Positions 35,601-45,203 of a stretch of DNA of 64,000 nt are shown piece after piece (position 1 is the stretch's first letter; each line of letters starts with the position of its first letter). The position numbers and the translations under genes are program-made. The stretch covers positions 2,356,001 through 2,420,000 of the forward strand of contig JAYWIR010000018.1 of the NCBI GenBank assembly GCA_036172245.1, written 5' to 3'. The DNA comes from Raillietiella orientalis. Lineage: Eukaryota. The notes below the pieces were generated by a model, which did no database searches, was not told the origin of the DNA, and saw nothing but the letters and a program-made list of their open reading frames with translations.

Positions 35601-38600
35601 GGCTATAAAAAATTGGAAAAAAAAACCCGGCAAGTTTAGAGCTCACAAGAAGATTTTAGAGAAAATTCTAGAATAAAAGAATTCTAGAGAAAATGCTGGA
35701 GTTTTCCCATGCTTCGGTAATTACCACTTCCTAGAAGACCCTCATTGTCTACCCTTATCATTAAGATGCTTCCTAAGTATCACGTGAATGATGCTCTATA
35801 ATTGGCGGAGCATATGCCCTTTTCCAGCTCCGGAAGAGAGTCATAGAAATGCAAACCTTCCGAAAAGGCATTCCAGGCAATGAAATCGTTCTCTAGATGG
35901 GAATCTGCTGCATAAGATGAACCCCATACCAGCGGTTGTTTCTCTGCTGCAAACTGAAAGTTCCGAGGTTCAAGTCTTTAGAGTCATCCCCATTGCAGGA
36001 TGCATGCTTGGAACCCCGTTGCTGATTCTTCACTCACAAGGAAGGGATCGAATCTATCCGAAGATCACTTCTGTGACTGACACAGATTTTTCCTCTGCAT
36101 CTCACTTTTCGTGCAAAAACACACACACACACATATCTTTCCTCAAGAAGGCGCTTTTTTGGAGATGGCAAACCGCCTCCTACCTTAGTTATGGATGCAG
36201 TCGTGGTCTTTGCATGCGTGATGATGGTGAGAATCATCGTTATCCCTAACTGGATCCTCGAAGAAATTTCCCTGATGTCCAGCCAGAAGGTGATCCAACT
36301 CACGAAGACCAAGATACTCGAACAGAAGTAAGTATTTAGGATGAAGCTGTTGAATTCTCGTTGGAAAAGAAATTCTGCACTCAGTGTACTGGAACAGAAG
36401 AGAAGAGGAATGTGGGCACTGGATGCACTCGTCAGTGGATTGCCCTTCCCAGCGCAACTGTCGTCGCACAGCACAAGAACCGAATTCCCCGGCATGGGAC
36501 GTGTGAAGCAGGGAGATGGAATTCTCGCAGTTAAGCATCAGGGCAAAAATGTGAGGCATTTTGAGAAACGCAAGAGAAAGAATCATCCATCAATAAAGGT
36601 GGAGGAATATCCAGAAGCAAAAGCTTTCCTCGGCTCTCCGGAATGGAGGACTAAAGTCACATCCTCTCTAGCCACATGAATCGGGGTATTGTGAAGCGCA
36701 GCACATGTGCGCACGCTCAAACGCAAGACGCTCGAGATATTCATCGACCCCTGACGGTGTTAAAAAACTAAACCTCTCCTCCGATAACATTGCGTGGCGA
36801 CCTTCTTGACGGCTTCAAAGGAAGATGATCCAATGTCCAGGTGGGCCGGTAGCTACCAAACATCCCGCCAACAACCCTGTGACTATCATCAGAGACTCCT
36901 CAGAATCAATGAACACTCTTTTTTCCTCATTCCCTTTCTAAATCCTCTCGAGCGAGACGGCGAAATTACCCCTGGTAAGAAATCTCATGGGTCACGGAAG
37001 GTCCCCTTATTTCCATAATTCTTTTGTCTCGCGCGAAAAATGAGTGTTCCCAAGAATAGATTTCCTTTTCCTTAAAAATCTGGACGCATCTGCTGGCTGG
37101 TCACTTCTCAGCCGTGGGCAAGGACGGGGAAACGGATCACAAACGGATAAAAGGACGATAGAAGGTACAATCAAGAAGGCGAAGGATCGATTTGCAGGCG
37201 GACACTCCAGCCTAATGGTAGCGTGGGTTCCCAGGAAACCACAGAAAGACTTCAAAAAGGGGCCGACCTATGCAGCAGCGTGCGAACAATGCCGTCCATG
37301 ACGACCGGGCAAACCCTGGAACGTTGAGGGCTGGCAGCCTCAAAACTCCTGATGGGAGAAGCACAGCTGTTCGTCCTATCGATCTGCTCTCATCTGGAGC
37401 GAGCTTCTGCATGCCCACAAAGATTTCACCAAGGAATCTGCGAGGTGAGCATTACGAGCAGCGTGCACTTCTGAGCAGAAAGACGACCTGGAAGTCGGGA
37501 AGTGGCCTCAGGCATTCACGCAAGTCGGATAATCGCCCTGCTTCCTGCCGAAAGCTGCCCCCAGGAGCTTCCCGAATGGTCTTTTTCAAGTGTGATCTTC
37601 CCAATGGTGCGGTTCCCGAATGGGGTTCGCATGCTCCAGAGTCCATTCCTAACTCATCGGAGCACACCTAGCGAAACCAGATAAGAATAGGTCAAGCTAA
37701 CCCCGTCAGAGGACCCCAATGAATTTGAATCAAACAAGTTCTCATGCCTTCTGCCTTCCCTCGCATTCTGAACGTATCAGAAACGAGAGGGCGGGGGCCT
37801 ATTCGCGCACTCTATCTCCTTTTCGGATATCCACGAGGACACAGGCAAGGTCCTCGTACTCGAAGAAAGGAAGACGGTAGGGAAGTAAGGTGGAGACCGA
37901 GCATGCTGACCTTGGGAACTGTGGAGTGGAGAGTCTCCGCCAACTGCTTAGACCAGGCTCTAGGATGCGTCTCGAGAGTGGTTGGAGAACCCAAGATGGC
38001 AGCGGTGCCATCCCAGTTCCCCGCGGAACATTGGATCCGCGCCTCCTGGGTACCAGAAAATTGGAATTCTGCCGTTTCGGAAGGAACTACCAGATGACCC
38101 CGGCTGTTCCCATTCCACGCGATGTATTCTCGCAGCATGAAAGGGAAAGGAAATTTACGGCAGTGGTGGGGACGTGCGAAAGAGAATCTATTGAAGTCCC
38201 TGGATCCCCGAGAAATAGGAGATCCCGATGGGATGTCTGAAAGGCTGGAAGCTCTTCCTTCTACTCTCGCAAGCAAAAAAAGGAAAAGGGGAATGGAGGA
38301 GGGAGAGGGCATTTGCACTAGATCGGCAAAGACCCAGGTGGTCCAGTGCAGAGAGACACACCATCCATAGGAGCTTCGCGCCACGGCCAGACACCGTTCC
38401 CGATCCCAGAAGCGTGTCAGCACGGCAACTGCCATCTCCTTTGGATGGAAGCAAGCGACTCTGATCAGGAGCGAAAATTAATGTTTGAGAAAAGCAACCC
38501 TGAGCACTGGCAAGGAAATGAACAAATGGACAATCCAGGGGTGCCCCCCTCTCCTCCACATTTCCAGGCAACCACCCGGTTCTCTGCAGAGTCAGGAGAC

Positions 38601-41600
38601 ACCGACGAACCGCTTGGCGAAGAGGTACAATCTTTCGGAGCTGGCTTTTTTTGTTGTTGTTGTTGTTTTTCTCTGCTGGCAGCTCTTCACTGCAAGATTC
38701 GAACTTCATTCCATGAACTGGAGGATCCGTGGTTTCGGGATTATAGCCTCGGTTACTCTGTGCACTCTGACTGCCCGTCAGCCCGTCTCCCCCTCAAGAA
38801 AAGAAGCCGAAAACGAAACAAAGGATGATGGAGAAGAGGGAGAGAAAGCATGGCGTTGGTAGCGGAGAGTGGATTCATAGAAGCGAGCAAGCTCGAAAGA
38901 TTTTTTCGCCTTCCTTCAGACCTTCAGACGCCTTCAGACGGTGAGGGACGCTGTTCAGATGGCGATCTGGGCCGATGCTTACCCAGCACGTTCGCAGCGA
39001 GATGGTTCGGCATGAAAAGGAACAGAGAGAGGGGATGTTTGAAACGAACTGGGTGATCACAGGAGTGAGAGGAACCTGCCGAAGAAGAGAGCGGTCCTTC
39101 TGTTCAAAAAGTTTCTGGTAGGTCGCTTCTGGCCTTCCGGGATCCATATGCAGCGCGTTTACCTACTGCGTGCGAGCCCCATCAGTTCGAGAGTCTTGAG
39201 GGAAAAAATCCTGGTTGGAGTTGCAGGGATGCAGGAAAGTTCGTTCATGGTCTCCAGCTTCCCCCTCCCAGACCGAGGTGAACTTGCACTTCTCAGTGGC
39301 TGGGTTGCTCCCGGGTCCCAAGAGGACAAGGGGAGATGCGCAGATTATGAAGAAAGTGGGAAGCAAAATCCCTGCAAAGACGGGAGTCGAGTGCGCGAGA
39401 GGCTGCGCACATCGCATTCCCTCACGACGGGCACGTTTGCTACGAATGCAGCAACCCAAATGATACTCTTCACCGCCGCCCAATTCGCACGCCGGTCAGC
39501 GAAAAAAGAGACGTCTCGATGCTGTGCGAACGACCGGAGCGCATGACGTCACTGAGAACGCGCGGCCTCCGCTTCTCGGGGTGTTGGAAGGACGAATTCC
39601 TGGCGAGCCCAGAGAGGGTTAGTTTCCTGACCTTCCCTGCTTTGACGAGCATCGCGTTGGCTTATTCCCAACTCTTGCGAGGATACATCCGAGGAATCTT
39701 CCGAGAGGGTTACCTCCCCAGTGCCGGAGCTCTCCTAGGAGCGGATTTCAGAAAAGCTGTACCCTTCGAGACATCGTGAGAAGCCATCCGGACCCACGCA
39801 CACCAGCTGTTGCTCTGAGATTTGATCCCAAAGAGGAGTCAGAGATCACTGTTGACTTCGAGCGGATCATCGTGTCCACGCTCAGCACCCACCATGATCT
39901 TTCGCCCTTTCTTGTTCGAAAACGATTCGGGGCGCACTCCTTCGGCTCGCCTTGCATCTCCTCCAAGTCGCAGCCATTTCATCCTCTTAGTGCCGAGTCG
40001 CCTATAACAGGAGCATTCCACCAGGCCGGTGAAGGTGCGACCGAAGATGCTGAAGTTTAAGAAAACGTAGGAACGGTGAGGGAGCCATAGCTTTGGAGAG
40101 GCGGTTGTTGACCGTGGTGAATTCGCTCGATCGATTCTCCGGGAGCCACCATCTTCTAAGCCGACCACACAATGAACTGCCGCGATGGCGTTTCGCTGGG
40201 ATCCTTCCTTGTTCTCAGAGCCTCGTTCAGCACTCAAGAGAAAATTTTTTTCCCGCTTTTGCCCCCTGCAGGTGAGCTGCGTTGCGACCTTCCCGCTTCC
40301 CGCCTTTCGTTTCCGGTATCCTTTCCAGACGACGAGAAGCCATGGAAGACTTTTCCCGGGAACTCCACGCACTTTGATTTCGAACCGCCGCAGTCACATC
40401 CGCGCAAAACTCGGAACAGCATTGGTTCCCTGGACTACAGCCTGCCGCAAAACTCTGAAGGCAGCTTCCATGAAAGAGGATGCGTGCATAGACGAAGTAG
40501 GACCTTTTCAAGAAGCGAATCTGGCGCGTGCGCATCGCGACCACGGGCAACGGCTTCGCGGTCGGTTAGCAAAGAATCGGTAGGGCATCTTCTGTTGGTT
40601 CCGTTCCATCGCTGATGCAAAAGGCAAGGAACGTGATGCGAGCGTAGGGGAGTAATAGGGCGGCGGAGAGATGCCCAGCTAACCGTTCCGTCTTTAAGCT
40701 ACAAAGAATACTGAGGAAGAATGATGGAGAGAAGACATTGCCGGTCCTTCGCTCTAGTTGATCGGGAGCGAACCTGCGGTGAAGGTGAGAATCTCGGTGG
40801 AAGAAACCCAATCTTTTCATCTCATGGTATCTCCCTTGTCGTTCCTCATGGTGTTCGGTCGCATCCGAGCGTTCTTTCATTGTGGCATCCCGGAGCTTTG
40901 GATGGAGGCTCGAAACGAAAGTTGGAGGGGAGGGATTCAGAAGTTTGCAGTCGCTGCAAGGAGGAAGAAATCGTTCTCCTGTCGTTCCTGTAGCCGGAAT
41001 TTTCTGATGAACCACCTATAATGATTCGAGACATTCCGGGATGCTGCTGAGAGCCAGCCGGCAGCTTTGCTTTTTATCCGGAAGCGCAAGCCTCGAACCG
41101 AGAGAAAAACACTCTAATCAGCTTTCGGAGGAACGGTGAGAGAACCTTCGAGAACTTCGTCGTCAAACCGCCAGCCAGTAGATGACAGCATTCCCTGCGT
41201 GGACTTCCCGGTCGCGATGTGGCGGTTGAACTCGGAGGACTCGACTGGATCCAGAGAACTCGGAGGTGTATTTTGTATGAGAGTAAGCAAAGACAGAAAT
41301 TGCATCTGCTGGAATCGGGGCTCCCAGCAGATGAAGGCAAGAGTCCACGGAGGAAGCGGTCTGCCGCTTCTGCGCGTGAGCTTCACCAAGATCGAGCACC
41401 AAGAGGCACCGTTCCCCTCTGTGGCGCACGCATCGACTACCCCAAGTGCCTCTGCGATCAGCCCTTACCACCTTTCCTGTCTACCAGCCTCAGCATCCAC
41501 GCACGGATGCTTTTCCTTTCCGAGGAATTGAAAATTGGTTGAGTCTTCCCGGAGGATGAAAAACTCGGTAGTTTTTTACGCTTCGGGAAACGTCCCGAGA

Positions 41601-44600
41601 ACTTCTGGAGCCTGCAAGTCGATCGGGTCAAGGTCACTGTGGGCCTTCAACCGAATCATGGCATCAAGAGCAAAACGCAAAAAACCCTTCTCAAGGTCAC
41701 TTCGGGTGGGAACCGGGAACGAAACCTCTGGAAGCGGAAGACGACCAGAAGAACGCTGCCGTCCCGCGCCCAAGCTCCTTCCGAACCGAGGCCCACCACG
41801 GACCGCGAATTCCTTCCTCCTAGCGCTGTCTGAAGGAGGGAGGAAGAGTCACCGCAAGCACCACAGGAAGATGTCCTTTTGCCCTCGTCCCGCGAGCGCG
41901 AAGAGCAAGAAAGTCCAGGTGCCTCTTCGCATCTCTTCCCGACAGGGAATCCCTCCTCGGAGCATCTGACCACTCCGCAGGCATCTCGGTCTCTCCTAGG
42001 GTTCAGAGATTCCCGCTCCCTCCAAGCATCTCTTCATCCGTTCACCGAAAGATGAAGAGATTGGAGGGAGCGGGAGCTTCCATCCACCGACATCTCTCAC
42101 TCTTCCCTGCTGGGAAAAAAACGGGATGGTTGAGGCGGTCCATCTTTGGCGATCAAAGCGGGTGAGTCTCCCACTCCTCGGATGTCCGTGGTGAAGTATC
42201 ATGCGGGAACGCGTGCCGAGTCGGAGACCTTGCACGAGATCTAGTAAGTCGCAGGTGCGCCGCGCGCACTCCAGCACTCGGCTCCACAGTGCAGTCTGTA
42301 GGAAGTCGGTGTCGAGGCTGCTGAGAAAGGTCGACCCTCCTCGGGGTCTCCTCGCTCCTCGAATGGTTAGCTACCCCTGAACTTGGCGCCTAGGGGGGCG
42401 GAATGGCCGGCTGCGTACATCTGGTCTGGTGTCCCCTTTCCAGAGCGCACCACACGAGAGCCACAGAACGAGAGGCGCAGTGCTGCCAACATCCCCTCTG
42501 GGCGGGACAGACCGGCCAAGGTATCCCTCCCGCAGCTGGGAGCATTCCGTCCCTTAGACAGGAGCCCCGCCATTCCTTGTCCCTCTCCGTCGAGCCGCTG
42601 TCATCCCGTGACTTGCTGCGCGCGCCTGTGCATGCCGACACCGGACCTGCTTGCAGCGGAGGGGACTCCGGGAAGTTGTCCTGCTCTCTCTCCTTCACGG
42701 CGGCGAACCCGGTATCTCAGGACAGCATGCGGCGCGCTTGCGCCCGGTCACCTGAACGTCCCCAGACTGAAGCGGAGCGACGTGTAGTTCCAGTAGCGCA
42801 CGCTCTTCAGGCGAAAGCCGGTGATTTGGAGGCCCTCCTTGAGCTCGACGGCGCTCTGAAGGCTTAAGTTCGTCCAGACCAGAGACACCTCCGAGTCGTT
42901 GTAGTTCCCTGCTTGACAGGGAAGAGGGGGTAGGGGTGAAGGAGGTGATGGAAGGCTCCCTCTGGAGAGAGGGGAGGAAACGACCCACCCACCCCCTTTT
43001 AGAACTCACAGCACTCGATAGTCAGGTAGCACCTCTGGGTGTCCATGGGGAACATCGTGAGGTCGAGATTGCAGGCCAAGGTGGAGGTCATCCTGAAACG
43101 ATGGCAGAGCCGGCATCCCACGTCACTCCTGGACTCCCACCCTATTCCACCGCGCCCGCGCGCCTCCCGAGAAAAGGAAAAAAAGGGGGGGCGATCCCCT
43201 GTCTCCCTCTCCAGGTGGATGGGCGTCACGGGACGGGGAAGGTGAAGAAGCGACACCCGAGCCTGACACCCCCGCAAACGTCCGAGGCAGCAGTGGCGCC
43301 AGGGGGGTGGGCAAGCTCTGTAGAGAGCGCGTCTCTCAGCGGCAGGAGTAAGAACCCCCCGTGGGGTCGCCGCTCAGAAAAGGGGCAGATTCCAAGAGGC
43401 CACCCGCCGTAGATGGCGGATTCCTCCTTCCCCTCCTTATACCCCCTCCCCTTCACGACATCCCTCCGCAGCGCCCTCCGCTCCTGCGTGATTGGACTGT
43501 GTGCTAGATGTGCGCAAGCCGCCCATGAGGTCCGATGAGAGGACTGGCCACAGGAGAACCCGGAAAGGGGAGTCAGTGTAGCCAAATCTTCCGCTATAAA
43601 TCTCGCTGCTCTTCCCCCCCTCTCTGGGAGAGATGGGAACCACCTTTTTCCCGGCACCAAGAGGACCCATGTCGCTCACCCCCTCTTCTCTCACCGCATG
43701 AACATAAAGACCTGCTTGTTGGAGTTGATGGCGACGAGCACGTTGCGCCCAGTGAGGCTGCTCACCTCTGAGTGTTTCTCGTTGTCAATGGTGAAGATGG
43801 GCGTCCACATCTTCCGGTACACTTCTTCGGCACCTGCGATGACGGAGTTGGAAACAGACGGTCATTCTTCCTTCAACCCACTCCCGGAGGCATCGAGGTA
43901 CACCTCCGGACGAACGGCTCCCAATCCCTCCTCCCCTATGCCTTGTTCGCCCCCTCGGGGAGAAGAGTCTCTCTTCCAGGGGAATGCTCTGACCCAAACT
44001 CACCGACGATGAGCTGTCGCCCCACCATGTCCATGAAGCGCGGCTCAGACCACACCGCCCGGAGGCTCCACTGAAGGCTGTAGGTCTGGAAGTCGGTAAG
44101 GTTGGGGATCAGAGAGTCCCTTGACCCACCATGTTCTTGGAGTCGATGACTCCAACATACAGGACCAGGCAGTTGACCAATACGATGGTCCTCCACTCTG
44201 GAAAGATGCCTGAAAAGAAGAAAGAGGGGTCGGCGCCAGCGGAACTAGTGGCGGTCGTCTGCCCAAGCGACTGAAGGATCCAGGAAGAACCAGCTCGAGA
44301 AGCTTTGCAGTCCGACAGGAACGGAGGTGGAGCGGGGAGGTGGAAGCGGCAGATGGTGGTCAGTCATCCAGTTCAGGAGGCTGATCGCCTCGCAGTCTTC
44401 CTACCCCCGATGGCGACCACTGAGGAGAAAGCGGGAAAAGGGAAGGAACCTCAGCGGCAGTAGCCGTGAGGGCGCCCTCCGCCGAGCCGCCTTCCTCCAG
44501 ATGGAGGTCAGGAGCAATGACAGCTGCCTTTTCGACCGCCGGCAAGGAGGGACGAGCTTTCCACGAACTTGGTGATGAGTCAGCAGCGGTCCGTAGGGAG

Positions 44601-45203
44601 TAGGGAGAGGATAAGAAAAGGATGAGAATAGCTGCAGGGAGGAGGAGGAGGAAAAAAAATGCCAGGGATAGATCTGAGCTCCGAAAACCTTCCTCGCCCT
44701 CTGACCTCGAGAAGCAGCAACAGCAGCATCTCACATGCGAAGCGGTGCAAGACGAGAGTTCCGACAAATTGCTGCAGGCAAAGAGGGATTTCAGTTTTCT
44801 CCTGCAGCGCCACGGTGCGACGGGGAAAAGGCAGACTTGGGTGGGGCTGGCTGCGGGAGCAGGAGTGCTTATCTCCCTCAGCGCGTGACCCTTGTGTATT
44901 CGCAGCGGAGGCAAGAGAAGGGGACGGGAGACCTCCTTCCGGAAAGAGGAGAAGGAGGGGAAGAACAGGCGTCCTTTAGGCTTTCCCAAGCCCGGGCACC
45001 CGCTCTCCCTTCCGAGTTCTTCGCCGCAAGCCGTGGCGGAGGAAGAGGACGTGCGAACGTCCCCTCAGGCTCCCCTCCGCTAGAGGACCGGAGAGGTAGG
45101 GAACTTACCTGGAGCCCTCGCATAGGTGTTGTAGTTCCCCGGAATGATGTCGTCGATGGGCAGCCTCAGAGCATCAGTGACTTCGGCGCCGTCCGCCTGG
45201 ACC
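26512..45203 (-). CDS. Gene B: paralogous Cys-loop ligand-gated ion channel subunit (pHCl-2/hodor/'insect group I'-like), 9 exons located, signal-peptide exon not located
   Basis: Minus-strand exons 45203-45109, 44209-44130, 44085-44004, 43833-43695, 43092-43010, 42908-42752, 36388-36184, 28225-28103 and 26649-26512 splice in frame with GT-AG introns. Motifs: YNTYARAP, WSEPRF, MWTP, CNLDLTMFPMDTQRC, SWITFWL, RIQLGITMILT, VGYLKIVDIW, LDKYSRIVFP..VVYW. Confidence 0.93.
28103..28225 (-). CDS. Gene B exon (M3): VGYLKIVDIWNVFTTIFVILAFFESAVAYRLFKNYQLQEQK
   Basis: tttcag| acceptor, AAG|gtaaga donor. Confidence 0.93.
28775..29035 (+). mobile_element. Retroposon copy E: tRNA-like double B-box head plus internally deleted body
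   Basis: GGTTCGCATCC (28804) and GGTTCGAATTC (28855) followed by GATGACGCTGATTG; 28950-29030 resembles 22835-22925. Confidence 0.55.
29465..30982 (+). mobile_element. Retroposon copy D, the most complete (~1.5 kb): Pol III-like head, ORF remnants, 3' hairpin, A-tail
   Basis: Consensus B-box GGTTCGAATCC at 29518-29528 and a second degenerate box ~29571; body homologous to copies A-C; inverted repeat GGCCAGTAGC 30904-30913 / GCTACTGGCC 30950-30959; A-rich tail 30966-30981. Confidence 0.65.
30985..31090 (-). mobile_element. Inverted tRNA-like head abutting the tail of copy D
   Basis: Minus strand GGTTCGAATCTTCCACTGGG resembles the head of D (GGTTCGAATCCCACTGGG). Confidence 0.45.
34300..34675 (-). 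mobile_element. Retroposon copy F: double B-box head plus 5' body
   Basis: Minus strand GCGCGGGTTCGAATACCC...GTCGTGGGTTTCGAGTCCCC...GATGACGCTGATTGG...CCGGATGTCCCC, colinear with copies D and E. Confidence 0.55.
35097..35560 (+). repeat. Dispersed repeat (second family); 35097-35378 is the inverted counterpart of 38139-38410, and 35400-35560 resembles 32430-32590 (-)
   Basis: Long shared blocks, e.g. GGGATCTCCTATTTCTCGGGGATCCAGGGACTTCAAT and CCCCACCACTGCCGTAAATTTCCTTTCCCTTT. Confidence 0.8.
36184..36388 (-). CDS. Gene B exon (beta10, M1, M2): TLSAEFLFQREFNSFILNTYFCSSILVFVSWITFWLDIREISSRIQLGITMILTIITHAKTTTASITK
   Basis: tccag| acceptor, AAG|gtagga donor; 205 nt. Confidence 0.95.
38139..38410 (-). 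repeat. Inverted copy of 35097-35378
   Basis: The reverse complement aligns over ~280 bp with scattered substitutions. Confidence 0.85.
42752..42908 (-). CDS. Gene B exon (loops B/F/C): WNYNDSEVSLVWTNLSLQSAVELKEGLQITGFRLKSVRYWNYTSLRFSLGTFS
   Basis: gcag| acceptor, AG|gtgacc donor; 157 nt; sequons NDS/NLS/NYT. Confidence 0.9.
43010..43092 (-). CDS. Gene B exon (Cys-loop): MTSTLACNLDLTMFPMDTQRCYLTIEC
   Basis: tttcag| acceptor, T|gtgagt donor; C-x13-C with FPMD; 83 nt. Confidence 0.95.
43695..43833 (-). CDS. Gene B exon (loops A/E): GAEEVYRKMWTPIFTIDNEKHSEVSSLTGRNVLVAINSNKQVFMFMR
   Basis: cgcag| acceptor, CG|gtgaga donor; 139 nt. Confidence 0.92.
44004..44085 (-). CDS. Gene B exon (loop D): TYSLQWSLRAVWSEPRFMDMVGRQLIV
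   Basis: tccag| acceptor after a 44-nt intron, G|gtgagt donor; 82 nt. Confidence 0.9.
44130..44209 (-). CDS. Gene B exon (beta1): GIFPEWRTIVLVNCLVLYVGVIDSKNM
   Basis: ttcag| acceptor, ATG|gtgggt donor; 80 nt; aligns with gene A 2925-3004. Confidence 0.9.
45109..45203 (-). CDS. Gene B exon (N-terminal helix): VQADGAEVTDALRLPIDDIIPGNYNTYARAP
   Basis: tgcag| acceptor, G|gtaagt donor; matches the pLGIC N-terminal Y(D/N)xxxRP motif; phase 1 fits the next exon. Confidence 0.85.
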
